Source: an uncultured Poribacteria bacterium
GTDB taxonomy: Bacteria; Poribacteria; WGA-4E; WGA-3G
Direction: 5' to 3'
Assembly (NCBI GenBank): GCA_951813565.1
Contig: OX638351.1
Coordinates: 1,120,001 to 1,184,000 of the forward strand
DNA length: 64,000 bases
In this document: one piece after another, positions 29,954-38,919 of the stretch
How positions within the stretch are numbered: position 1 is the stretch's first letter
Layout: every line of letters begins with the position of its first letter
Program-made: the position numbers and the translations under genes
The notes under the pieces: model-generated
Told to the model about the DNA's origin: nothing
Database searches by the model: none
Seen by the model: the letters and a program-made list of their open reading frames with translations, nothing else

Positions 29954-31414
29954 TTACCCGACCCTAATCAATTTGCGCAATGTTTGAACTAACGTGCCTT
30001 CCGAAAGCCATTTCGCAGCCACACGCCACACACTCGTTGAATAAGTCGGATATACGTGCATCATTCCGCTCAACTTCCGCAATGGAATCCCTTGCTGCAT
30101 CGCCAAAACATACTCATGGATAACCTCACCCGCATTTGCACCGACAAGGTGTACTCCTAATATCTTCCCTTTCCACTTGCTTGCGATGACTTTGCTAAAT
30201 CCGTGTGTTTCACCTTCAGCAACTGCCCTGTCAACATCTGACTGATCCAGTGTAAAAACATCAACATCTCCATATTTCTCGCGTGCTTCTGCTTCAGTCA
30301 ATCCACATCGAGCCACCTCTGGATCACAGAACGTTGTCCAAGGCACCACAGAATAGTTTATCTTTTTGGATAAAGGTAATAAAAAATTTCGGACTAACAA
30401 TTGTGCTTGAAATGCTGCCACATGTGTAAAAAGATAGTGTCCAATTACGTCACCTGCAGCGTATATGTTTTTCACATGTGTCTGAAGTTGTCCATTAACA
30501 ATGATTCCATTTTTTTCAACTTTCACACCAATTTTGTCAAGTCCCAATCCTTCAATATTTGGCGCACGTCCTGCGGCAACCAGAATCTTATCGTAAACTT
30601 GTTCCTGATTATCACTGGTAGATGTATTTTGTAATCCCGAAAACGATACTTTTATACCATCCTTTTGTTTTTCAACCTTCGCTATGTTCGTATTAAGTCG
30701 AATATCAATGCCTTCTGAGGTAAGATAATTTAGCATCCGTTCAGAAACATCTGTATCCTCTTTTGTTAGGATACGTGCGCTTCGTTGTGCTATCGTGACT
30801 CTTGCGCCAAGTCGATGAAATGCTTGCCCTAATTCAATGCCGATCGGACCGGCACCGACAACAAGCAGCCGTTGTGGAAGTTCTTCTAATTCCCATACAT
30901 TTTCACTGTCAAGATAACCACAAGATTCCAATCCGGGTATAGGTGGCGCGAGCGGACGCGACCCTGTAGAAATCACAAACTTTTTGCTTTTGAGGGTTCG
31001 GGTTTGACCGTTTTCACTGTCTTCCACAACAAAGGTATCGCGTGATTCAAAATGTCCATTTCCAAAGATAACATCAACCCCCATCTCGCGGAACCGTTCA
31101 GGATTATCGTGTTCTTCTTCAATCACATGTTGGGTACTTCGCACGTATTCTATCACTTTTTGCCATTCAGGTTTGGTTTCAGCGGTAGTAATCCCGTATT
31201 TTTTCGCGTCTCGGATATAATTTGCAACCTTTGCAGCTTTGAGCAATGCTTTAGATGGCACGCACCCTGTCCAGAGGCAATCACCACCGATGCGATGTTT
31301 TTCCACAAGCGCAGTCTTTTTTCCAAGTTTAGCACCAGCCACAGCAAGCACAAGCCCTGCACTTCCCCCGCCGATGATAGTTAAATCATAGATGTTTGCA
31401 GTTTTTTCATTCAT
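29954..31414 (-). CDS. Class I pyridine nucleotide-disulfide oxidoreductase (MerA/LpdA-like, not MerA)
   Basis: GGGSAG, GGDCLWTGCVPSK, GAGPIG, HVYPT; no C-terminal Cys pair. Confidence 0.88.
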   Translation of the reverse strand: MNEKTANIYDLTIIGGGSAGLVLAVAGAKLGKKTALVEKHRIGGDCLWTGCVPSKALLKAAKVANYIRDAKKYGITTAETKPEWQKVIEYVRSTQHVIEEEHDNPERFREMGVDVIFGNGHFESRDTFVVEDSENGQTRTLKSKKFVISTGSRPLAPPIPGLESCGYLDSENVWELEELPQRLLVVGAGPIGIELGQAFHRLGARVTIAQRSARILTKEDTDVSERMLNYLTSEGIDIRLNTNIAKVEKQKDGIKVSFSGLQNTSTSDNQEQVYDKILVAAGRAPNIEGLGLDKIGVKVEKNGIIVNGQLQTHVKNIYAAGDVIGHYLFTHVAAFQAQLLVRNFLLPLSKKINYSVVPWTTFCDPEVARCGLTEAEAREKYGDVDVFTLDQSDVDRAVAEGETHGFSKVIASKWKGKILGVHLVGANAGEVIHEYVLAMQQGIPLRKLSGMMHVYPTYSTSVWRVAAKWLSEGTLVQTLRKLIRVG

Positions 31415-31424
31415 GTTTTCACTT

Positions 31425-32975
31425 TTATCTGTGATGACGTAGTACTTTCCCTGGCAGTTTTCCGGTTACATTTCCATCTTTGATGACGGGAATTCCGTTG
31501 ACGAATACCCAATCCACACCGACAGGGGGTTGCACTGGATCAAACCAAGTAGAACGATCTGCGACAGTATCAGGATTAAAAATAACAATATCTGCAGCAA
31601 GTCCACGCGCAATTTTTCCACGGTCAGCAAGTCGGAATCGTTCTGCGGGAAAACCACTCATCTTATAAACAGCTTCTTTTAATGAAACTAACTGTCGTTC
31701 TCGTACAAATTTACCAAGATACTGCACGAAGCACCCGTAACTGCGTGGATGCGGATGTGGAATGTTATAAACACCATCGCTGGCAATCATCATACGCGGG
31801 TGTTGTGCGGTACGATTCAAAATCCGTTCATTTTTTTCTGGTGATGTAGCCCACGGCATTACAAAGGTTTCAATTGCTAATTCTTCTTGGATAAAATCGA
31901 ATGCGAATTCTTCGTTGGATTTGCCTTCACGTTTAGCAGCGTCTGAGAGTAGGATGCCGATATATCTTCCAGACTTGTTATAGCCTACAATTTGGTTGCC
32001 TTCTCCTAATTTTTCTCGCAGATAGGGGAGTGATTTTTCTCTAACATCGGGATTTTCCAGATTTGCTAACATTTCATCAGGTGTACCTGTCTGATATTCC
32101 ATTGGGAGCATCATTGCAAGGTGTGTCATCCCTGCTGGATAGAGATAAGATTCAAATGTCAAATCTATGCCTTCACGTTCAACTCGCTCAAGCACGTCCG
32201 CCGATTCATCATCAACGCGTTCATGTGAAATATGGACTGGAATCTCTGCCTGTTGCGCAATTTCAATTGTTTCCTCCCAAGCAGGTTTTCTACCAATAAG
32301 TTGGTAACGGATGTGTGCAGCGTAGATGGCATCGTAACTTGCTGCTACCTTTGAAAGATAGACTAACTCGTTCAAGTCAGCATTTGCAGAGGGTTGATAA
32401 TCCAGACCTAAACAGAGACAACATGCCCCCGCTTCAAGCCATTCGCGTGTGGTTTGCTCCATCGCTTTCAGTTCATCGGTGGTAGCAGGACGTGCATCCC
32501 ATCCCATCGCACCGAGACGGACAGCGCAATGCGGCACTTGCGGGTAGAGGTTTGCAGGAATTTGCCCATCGAACATACTGAGATATTCGTCTGGTGTTTG
32601 CCAATTTAGCGGAACTTTGTCATCTCCATACGCAAATTGCGTATAGTGCCATAGTTCTTGTGCGAGTTTTGAGGGCAAAGGTGCCCATCCAAAACCGTCT
32701 GGTGCCGCTAAATGAGTGGTTACACCCTGCATTACAGCAGCAAACTGGTCACGCCCACCCAGTAGTGAGATTTCAGAATGAACGTGAACATCAACGAAGC
32801 CGGGACACACAACCAATCCATCTGCTGATATTCGCCGTGAGGCTTCCGCTTTTTGTAAATTGCCTATTTCTGTGATCTGACCGCCATGAATACCGATATC
32901 TGCAACATAAGGTTCCCGTTTTCCTGTGCCATCAACGATGTTTCCACCGGCAATAATAATATCAAATGCCACCAA
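31425..32975 (-). CDS. N-acyl-D-amino-acid deacylase family amidohydrolase
   Basis: GGNIVDGTG, PGFVDVHVH, ASDG, HPRSYG, ADIVIF. Confidence 0.88.
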   Translation of the reverse strand: MVAFDIIIAGGNIVDGTGKREPYVADIGIHGGQITEIGNLQKAEASRRISADGLVVCPGFVDVHVHSEISLLGGRDQFAAVMQGVTTHLAAPDGFGWAPLPSKLAQELWHYTQFAYGDDKVPLNWQTPDEYLSMFDGQIPANLYPQVPHCAVRLGAMGWDARPATTDELKAMEQTTREWLEAGACCLCLGLDYQPSANADLNELVYLSKVAASYDAIYAAHIRYQLIGRKPAWEETIEIAQQAEIPVHISHERVDDESADVLERVEREGIDLTFESYLYPAGMTHLAMMLPMEYQTGTPDEMLANLENPDVREKSLPYLREKLGEGNQIVGYNKSGRYIGILLSDAAKREGKSNEEFAFDFIQEELAIETFVMPWATSPEKNERILNRTAQHPRMMIASDGVYNIPHPHPRSYGCFVQYLGKFVRERQLVSLKEAVYKMSGFPAERFRLADRGKIARGLAADIVIFNPDTVADRSTWFDPVQPPVGVDWVFVNGIPVIKDGNVTGKLPGKVLRHHR

Positions 32976-32988
32976 TCCCTCCTATAAT

Positions 32989-33192
32989 AACTCAAGTTGC
33001 TACCTATTTCGCAAATTCTCTTGTAGGAGGGGTTTCTAACCCCGATTTAGAACAAAAAACATAAGAATCAGCGAAAAAGCCTTGTTTTTTCAGTAAAAAG
33101 CAGTGTTTGCTAACTTGAAATCTTGTCCGTAGCAACTTAGGTTAAAATACAATGGCTGCCGGCTCAAAATCTTATAGGTAGCAACTTAGATT
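32989..33192. mobile_element. MITE, AACCYAAGTTG-end family, with a REP cargo and a doubled right end
   Basis: AACTCAAGTTGCTAC...GTAGCAACTTAGGTT (33143), a second right end GTAGCAACTTAGATT (33192); ATAAT on both flanks. Confidence 0.6.
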
Positions 33193-33311
33193 ATAATAGT
33201 ACTATTCTTCAATCCGAAAAGTGTAGAAGAAATACGTTTTGACCTGTCTTTGAATAATGGTTGAATTATAACATATTCCAGTGATCCATTCAATACTGTC
33301 TATATTCAGTT

Positions 33312-33433
33312 CAGGGTTATTTAGTTTTAGGGTTTTTGCCCATTTTCGTCAAAAAGTCGCGAGCTGGAGCTCGCTCCTACAGCAAGAGGGGCATTCAAGA
33401 ATAACCGAAAATATGGAGAACTGAATAACCCTG
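33312..33433. mobile_element. 122-bp MITE with CAGGG ends (ISAs1-like) carrying a REP
   Basis: TIR CAGGGTTATTTAGTT / AACTGAATAACCCTG (14 of 15 match); flanks ATATTCAGTT and GTATTCAGTT; internal GTCGCGAGCTGGAGCTCGCTCCTACA. Confidence 0.7.
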
Positions 33434-33570
33434 GTATTCAGTTGCTTATTTCACTTGCTTCTGTTATACTTGCATGACATAAACAGATAGATTAGATATG
33501 TTAATTTTCTTTACAAACTTCTGAATGATGTGTTAAAATTAAGGAAAGGTTTTATAGATAGTAGTTGTAA

Positions 33571-34443
33571 TTGTCAGCAAATATTGACGCATGCAATTTG
33601 GTGAAAACGTTGATTGATAAGAAACTGTTTCGAGAGAAATTCTTTCTCCATCTTATTAGTAACCCTTACGTCATTTACCCATTTGCGGCGGGTGTGCTTG
33701 GCGTTTTCGCGTCATGGGTGTTTAATTTAGAACCGAAGATTCTCTACTTATTCGCAAGTACTGTCATCGGTATCGGTCTTCCTATTGGTGCGCTGATAAC
33801 AAAGTGGACAACTGGCACGGACGACATCGCAAAACGCGTTCATGAAGAGATACTCCACGAAGCACAGCAAAGACAGGAACAGGAACTGAATGCGTTACAT
33901 GAACAGTTAGAAAAGGATGGAGACAAAAGAACAGAACAGATGCTGGAGGAACTTCGTGCCTTACACCAATCTTTTCAGGAGGAAGCACGGGACGCTGGTT
34001 GGATGGCAACCCTTCCTATTACGGTAAGTGCAGAAATTACCGGTAAGGTCACTGAACTTTTTACGCAAGCCGTTCAGTGTTTGAAAGATACGTTGAAAAT
34101 GCATGAGAAATCAAAAGATTCGCAATTAGCAACTGTCAAGCAAGTTCTGCAACAACACCGAGAACAGCAGATAGCAGACGTTCAGCAAACAATTGTTCAA
34201 CTTTCACATCTCTATGCACGTGTGCTTACGCTTAGTCCTGAAAGTAATGAGACAGAACTCTCACGACTACGCACGGAACTTGACGAAAGCCTCGCTTTTG
34301 CGAAGAAGGTTGATGAACAGATACGGGAGTTTACGCCAAATATTGATAAAGAGATACGTCAAACGAGTCATTCATTAGAAGACGCCCATACTGTGACTGT
34401 GCACCCGAAAGTAGAATCTACGGAAGAAAGCAAGTTTCAATAA
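33571..34443 (+). CDS. Membrane-anchored coiled-coil protein (2 TM), first gene of the PspA/AAA cluster
   Basis: Two N-terminal hydrophobic segments, then a long Q/E/L-rich helical region; start codon uncertain. Confidence 0.7.
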   Translation: MSANIDACNLVKTLIDKKLFREKFFLHLISNPYVIYPFAAGVLGVFASWVFNLEPKILYLFASTVIGIGLPIGALITKWTTGTDDIAKRVHEEILHEAQQRQEQELNALHEQLEKDGDKRTEQMLEELRALHQSFQEEARDAGWMATLPITVSAEITGKVTELFTQAVQCLKDTLKMHEKSKDSQLATVKQVLQQHREQQIADVQQTIVQLSHLYARVLTLSPESNETELSRLRTELDESLAFAKKVDEQIREFTPNIDKEIRQTSHSLEDAHTVTVHPKVESTEESKFQ

Positions 34444-34490
34444 GTTGTTAATTGTAGGCGAACTTAATCTCATAATAAGGAAGAATTCCA

Positions 34491-35166
34491 ATGTTAAACG
34501 GCATTACCCGTTATTTCAAAGGAATCTGGTATGCGCTTATTGGTCAGGCACAGAGGCAGAGCAATAGACACACGCATAATCTAAAAGCAGTACGAGCTGC
34601 CTATGAAGTCCTAATCCGTGTTAAGCAGGAGGATGTCCAGAATTACAAACAGGTGATTGGGCAAACAATCGCGCTGATTGAACAAAAGAAAAATGCCCTT
34701 ACGGGTGTTACAAACGACATTGACAAGCTCGAACAGATGAAGACAGGCGCAATTGATAAGGCAAAAAACACTGCCGCTGAACTACAAAAAACGGGTTTAT
34801 CAGCAGAGGAAATAGAACAGCATCCAGACTATGTCCGACATATTACTTCTTATAATGATTATCACTCCACATTGGAGGAGAAAAACGCGCGCATTGATGA
34901 ACTTAAGCAGGATATTGGACGCGCGCAGGAAGACATTGAAACGCATAAACTTCAGATAACCAGTCTCCATCGTGATCTGAATAAGCTTAAGACACAACAA
35001 TCTGACGCTGCACGTGAACCAAAGGGAAATCAGTGATATGTTATCAGGTATTAGTATGAATGATATTTCAGCGGATTTGATAAAGATACAGGAAGAAATT
35101 CGGCAGAAAGAGGCTGAAGGTGTTAATGAACAATCAGAAACGGATGGAGACAAAAAACCGAAGTAG
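34491..35166 (+). pseudogene. PspA/IM30-like paralog with a frameshift (ORF ends 35036, homology continues to 35166)
   Basis: Colinear with 36066..36902 (SYNDYHSTLEEKNARIDEL); lacks VADLIT, then the +1 frame reads QREISDMLSGISMNDISADL. Confidence 0.75.
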
Positions 35167-35296
35167 TTGCAGTAAGAATTCGTACCCTGAGTCAATCTAT
35201 AACAGCAATAAAATAAATGTCTGCGGAAGAAGGAAAACTCCAATAATGTGTTGCTTCAAATAATGGCAAGCGACAGCAAGACAATCAGGAAAATAA

Positions 35297-35824
35297 ATGC
35301 TTGAAACGTTTGAACCTGACATCTTCAAAAAGACCTACATGTCCTATTATCGAAAATGGTGCGTTGCATGGGGTGTTATAATGGTTTTACTTGTTGCATT
35401 GATTGTAACATCATATACCATAAACTCCGAGTCTCAAATTATTGCAACAGGTCTTTTCGTGATTGACCGTATCGCCCTAGGGATCCTAACGGGTTATGGT
35501 TTGATCGGTATTGCTGTTGTATATGCTTTTGCGATTCTTGCTATGAGTCCTGGCCAAGCATTAGGAATTATAGCAATCGGTGGTATAAATGCATGCGGTA
35601 TTATCGCAATTGGGGTTAATGCTGGTGGTATTATAGCGCTCGGTATAAATGCTTATGGAGTTATTGCTATCGGTCCACATGCTTGGGGGATTTATACATT
35701 ATCTAATTCTGAATTTGGCAAAGGCAGATATAGATTTTCACCTAACCATCAAGATGAACAAGCAGTCAAATTCTTTACACATTTTATGCCAAAATTGAAC
35801 ACAGCATTTTCACCTAACTCTTGA
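35297..35824 (+). CDS. Membrane protein with GIIAIG repeats
   Basis: TM helices, then GIIAIGGINAC-GIIAIGVNAG-GIIALGINAY-GVIAIGPHAW. Confidence 0.75.
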   Translation: MLETFEPDIFKKTYMSYYRKWCVAWGVIMVLLVALIVTSYTINSESQIIATGLFVIDRIALGILTGYGLIGIAVVYAFAILAMSPGQALGIIAIGGINACGIIAIGVNAGGIIALGINAYGVIAIGPHAWGIYTLSNSEFGKGRYRFSPNHQDEQAVKFFTHFMPKLNTAFSPNS

Positions 35825-35888
35825 CGTATAAAATATGGATAAACAGTGGTATTCAATTGTCGACTTATTACCTGTTTTAATCTAAAAG

Positions 35889-35914
35889 GTCGCGAGCTGG
35901 AGTTCGCTCCTACA
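35889..35914 (-). repeat. REP-like hairpin
   Basis: GTCGCGAGCTGGAGTTCGCTCCTACA, one mismatch from the copy at 33356-33381. Confidence 0.75.
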
Positions 35915-36065
35915 GGAAGAGGCTTTTTTAAAGAAGGAAATTTATTGGAAAATTGAATGGCTCTGTATGGATAAACACCATAACTTGTTTTAAGGTTGTA
36001 ATTATTGTAAAATTCAGGAATAGATTTCAAATCAAATTTAATCTCACACTCAGGAGGATTTACTA

Positions 36066-36902
36066 ATGGCAAACGGTTTTACTCGTTTTTTCAAAGCAAT
36101 CTGGTATTCACTAACTGGTCGTGCACACGAGCAGGCTGATAAGCTTATGGAAAACCCCGAAGCAGTGCGCGGTGCTTATGAAGATATTATCCGTGACAAA
36201 CAGGGGAATATCCAACGCTACAAAAATGCGATTGGGCAACTGATTGCACTTGTTGAACAGAAAAAGAATTCACTCAAGGGTCTCACAGATGACATAGACA
36301 AACTTGAACAGATGAAGGCGGGGGCAATCGCTAAGGCGAAAAGCACAGCCGCAGAACTAAAAAATTCAGGAACACCGGACGAGGAGATCAAACAGGATCC
36401 AGACTACGTCCGATGTGTTACCTCTTACAACGATTTTCACTCCACTTTGGAGGAGAAAAACGCTCGTATTGATGAACTTGAGCAGGATATTGAACGCGCC
36501 CAAGAAGACATTGAATCCCATAAACTTCAGATTACCGGCCTCCATCGTGATCTGGAAAAAATTAAGACAGAGCAATCTGAAGCGGTTGCCGATCTTATTA
36601 CTGCACGTGAGCAAGAGGAAGTCGCGGATATGCTATCAGGTATTAGTACGGATGGCACTTCAGCAGAATTGACACGGATGCGAGAAATTCGGGAAAAAGC
36701 AAAGGGACGTTCCAAAGTCGCACAAGAACTCGCTGGTACTGATTCGCGCGCTGAAGAAGAAGAATTTCTTGCCGCGGCACGTTCTACTTCTGCTACTGAT
36801 GAATTTGATTCCTTAATCTTCGGAGCGCAACAAACGGATACCGAGAAGAAAACTGATGATTCCGAAGAAGAAAAAGAAAGTAATTCTGAACTGCCTTTAT
36901 AA
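36066..36902 (+). CDS. PspA/IM30/Vipp1 (ESCRT-III superfamily)-like protein
   Basis: Amphipathic N-helix GFTRFFKAIW, ENP hinge (PspA EDP), long coiled-coil hairpin, RMREIREKA...AQELAG, DEFDSL, acidic tail; AGGAGG RBS. Confidence 0.75.
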   Translation: MANGFTRFFKAIWYSLTGRAHEQADKLMENPEAVRGAYEDIIRDKQGNIQRYKNAIGQLIALVEQKKNSLKGLTDDIDKLEQMKAGAIAKAKSTAAELKNSGTPDEEIKQDPDYVRCVTSYNDFHSTLEEKNARIDELEQDIERAQEDIESHKLQITGLHRDLEKIKTEQSEAVADLITAREQEEVADMLSGISTDGTSAELTRMREIREKAKGRSKVAQELAGTDSRAEEEEFLAAARSTSATDEFDSLIFGAQQTDTEKKTDDSEEEKESNSELPL

Positions 36903-36991
36903 AAGTACTCATCGTGGATTGGCGAAGATTCGCGGACTTTGTGCCTCTTGTTAACTTAATTATTGTAAATTTTTCAAATAACGATACACCG

Positions 36992-37025
36992 TTGGTCGGC
37001 GCGTTTTTGTAAGCACGCCGACCAA
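36992..37025. repeat. GC-rich hairpin (REP- or terminator-like)
   Basis: TTGGTCGGCG...CGCCGACCAA. Confidence 0.5.
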
Positions 37026-37113
37026 TAGGTGTTATATATTTTTGTATTTCACCGTGAATGTGAAGTATAGATGTCCGCGTCCTACGGAGGGAAGTGGGAA
37101 AAAGGAGGGTGAT

Positions 37114-38916
37114 GTGAACGTTAACACGTGGCATCAGGAAAATACACCGAATAGTTGGGAAGTTATCTTGGAAGGTTTAAAGGATTTTGAATCCCATGTA
37201 ACAGAAATTAATGAGAAAAAAAAGAGCGCTCCGATTCCAACTGAAACGCTTAAAAAGTTTTTTGATCTCCATAATACGTTAGTAGTGGAAACAGACAAAG
37301 TATCCCATTCATCTGAACAAAACGCCTCAATAGATATTTCATCCGGTGTCTTGGACAATATTTTTATCGAAGCGATTTGGTTATCCCTTGACCAGTATCC
37401 TGCAATTGTCAACCATTCCAATATTGAAAATATTGACACGGCTGGTTCTAAAATCTTCACCCTCTTTACAGCAGATGCCCCAACACAAAAATCAGAACAG
37501 GAAGACCTGAAGGCGCTGCTCCAAGATATATTCCATATAGATTCTAAAGCATTAGACAAACTGACGAAAAACCTCGCCATTCGAACTGCCCCTCTCATGC
37601 ATCGACATCAAATTATGCGATGTTTACAGAATCGCTTTAATTTAGTGTCCGATAACCCCCAACTTGATGCCGACATCCTTCGTCTCTTTCAGTGTTTATA
37701 TCCAGGCGCGCCTTTTGAAGTTGGCGAAGTCCGATTGATAAAAACCTGTTCTGCACTCTATTTTTGCCTACCTTCTGAAATAAAGGAAGATCCTGCCAAT
37801 ACGCTCAATGAACAAATACCCATTACAACAGATAGAACTCTTAAAAAACAATCTGGTAAAAATTTTAGTTACGCACAATTTCTACGAAGAATTTGGCAAG
37901 TTGAACCGTTTGCACATTTTCCTGTTTTTGGCACTTTTAATGCAGAAGGCTTAGATTTAAAGCTCCGAGAAGAAATTGCCAAAGATGCTGCACTGTCTGT
38001 TGAATTGGTTACGACTACGCTCACACGAATGGTCGGTGTTCTCCCATTGGAAGAACTTGATAAATATCTCATTCATGATACATGGGGACACCAGTGGCAA
38101 GAGAGTTTACTCGATTTTGAGGACCTTTATACCGAATTATCCCTCTTTAATCGGCCGTTATCCTTGACTGAATCTGCCTCAGTTTTAGGTGAACAGACTA
38201 CATTCGCTGAAGCATTCGTTAAAACGACTTCTGGAGAAATTCACCTTGATACTGAAAAAATTACGAAATTCATTGATGCCGAACTTTATGAACGTTCAAT
38301 CATAGCCTTTACACCTATTCTGGCAGAGATGTTAGCAGATGTCGTGGAATATAAATTCTTGCAACTACATCCTGAGCAAGCACATCTTTTGCCGAGTTCT
38401 TCTTTGCTTAAGGCTTTTCCGAGCAAACTTGACTTGACACTTGCAGACCTTCGCAATTGTTTTGAACGAGCCTCTGAAGCATTTCAAACGTGGGTGGATT
38501 CTGATGAAGCAAAACACCGAATACATGCTGAGGTTTGTGAACAACTCGATATTCCAGATAAAGAGATGAATCGCCAAGAATTAGATGATGTCCTTGAAAA
38601 AGCGGTGCAGCTTTGTAAAGAACGGCTTGACCTTTTTTATAAACCGGAATGGTTTTGGGAGAAAACAGCAGATGATTGCCTAAAACTCAACGCGTTTAGT
38701 TTTGCCGCGCTAAATTTTCTCCGAATTCATACTGCATTTCTCCAAACTTATGAAACACTTTCACAAATTGAGACAAAATATAGTTTCAAAGACACGCTTG
38801 TTTTAGCAATGGGAACATTTTTTGAAGTGGAACCACAAAGGAATATATGGCATCTCGAACAGTTTTTAACTGAAGGTTTTCTGCCACGATGGAAAAAGTT
38901 GGCTGAAGCAGGTTAA
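37114..38916 (+). CDS. Large hypothetical protein with a zincin-like HDTWGH motif
   Basis: GTG start after AAGGAGG; about 600 aa, helical; YLIHDTWGHQWQE and ILAEMLAD. Confidence 0.7.
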   Translation: MNVNTWHQENTPNSWEVILEGLKDFESHVTEINEKKKSAPIPTETLKKFFDLHNTLVVETDKVSHSSEQNASIDISSGVLDNIFIEAIWLSLDQYPAIVNHSNIENIDTAGSKIFTLFTADAPTQKSEQEDLKALLQDIFHIDSKALDKLTKNLAIRTAPLMHRHQIMRCLQNRFNLVSDNPQLDADILRLFQCLYPGAPFEVGEVRLIKTCSALYFCLPSEIKEDPANTLNEQIPITTDRTLKKQSGKNFSYAQFLRRIWQVEPFAHFPVFGTFNAEGLDLKLREEIAKDAALSVELVTTTLTRMVGVLPLEELDKYLIHDTWGHQWQESLLDFEDLYTELSLFNRPLSLTESASVLGEQTTFAEAFVKTTSGEIHLDTEKITKFIDAELYERSIIAFTPILAEMLADVVEYKFLQLHPEQAHLLPSSSLLKAFPSKLDLTLADLRNCFERASEAFQTWVDSDEAKHRIHAEVCEQLDIPDKEMNRQELDDVLEKAVQLCKERLDLFYKPEWFWEKTADDCLKLNAFSFAALNFLRIHTAFLQTYETLSQIETKYSFKDTLVLAMGTFFEVEPQRNIWHLEQFLTEGFLPRWKKLAEAG

Positions 38917-38919
38917 TGT

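Noticed and set aside
29954..31414. Mercuric reductase merA
   Set aside because: No C-terminal Cys-Cys pair, no NmerA domain and no mer operon.
35010..35040. Programmed -1 frameshift at A AAG GGA in the PspA paralog
   Set aside because: Homology continues in the +1 frame; a -1 slip reaches a stop within a few codons.
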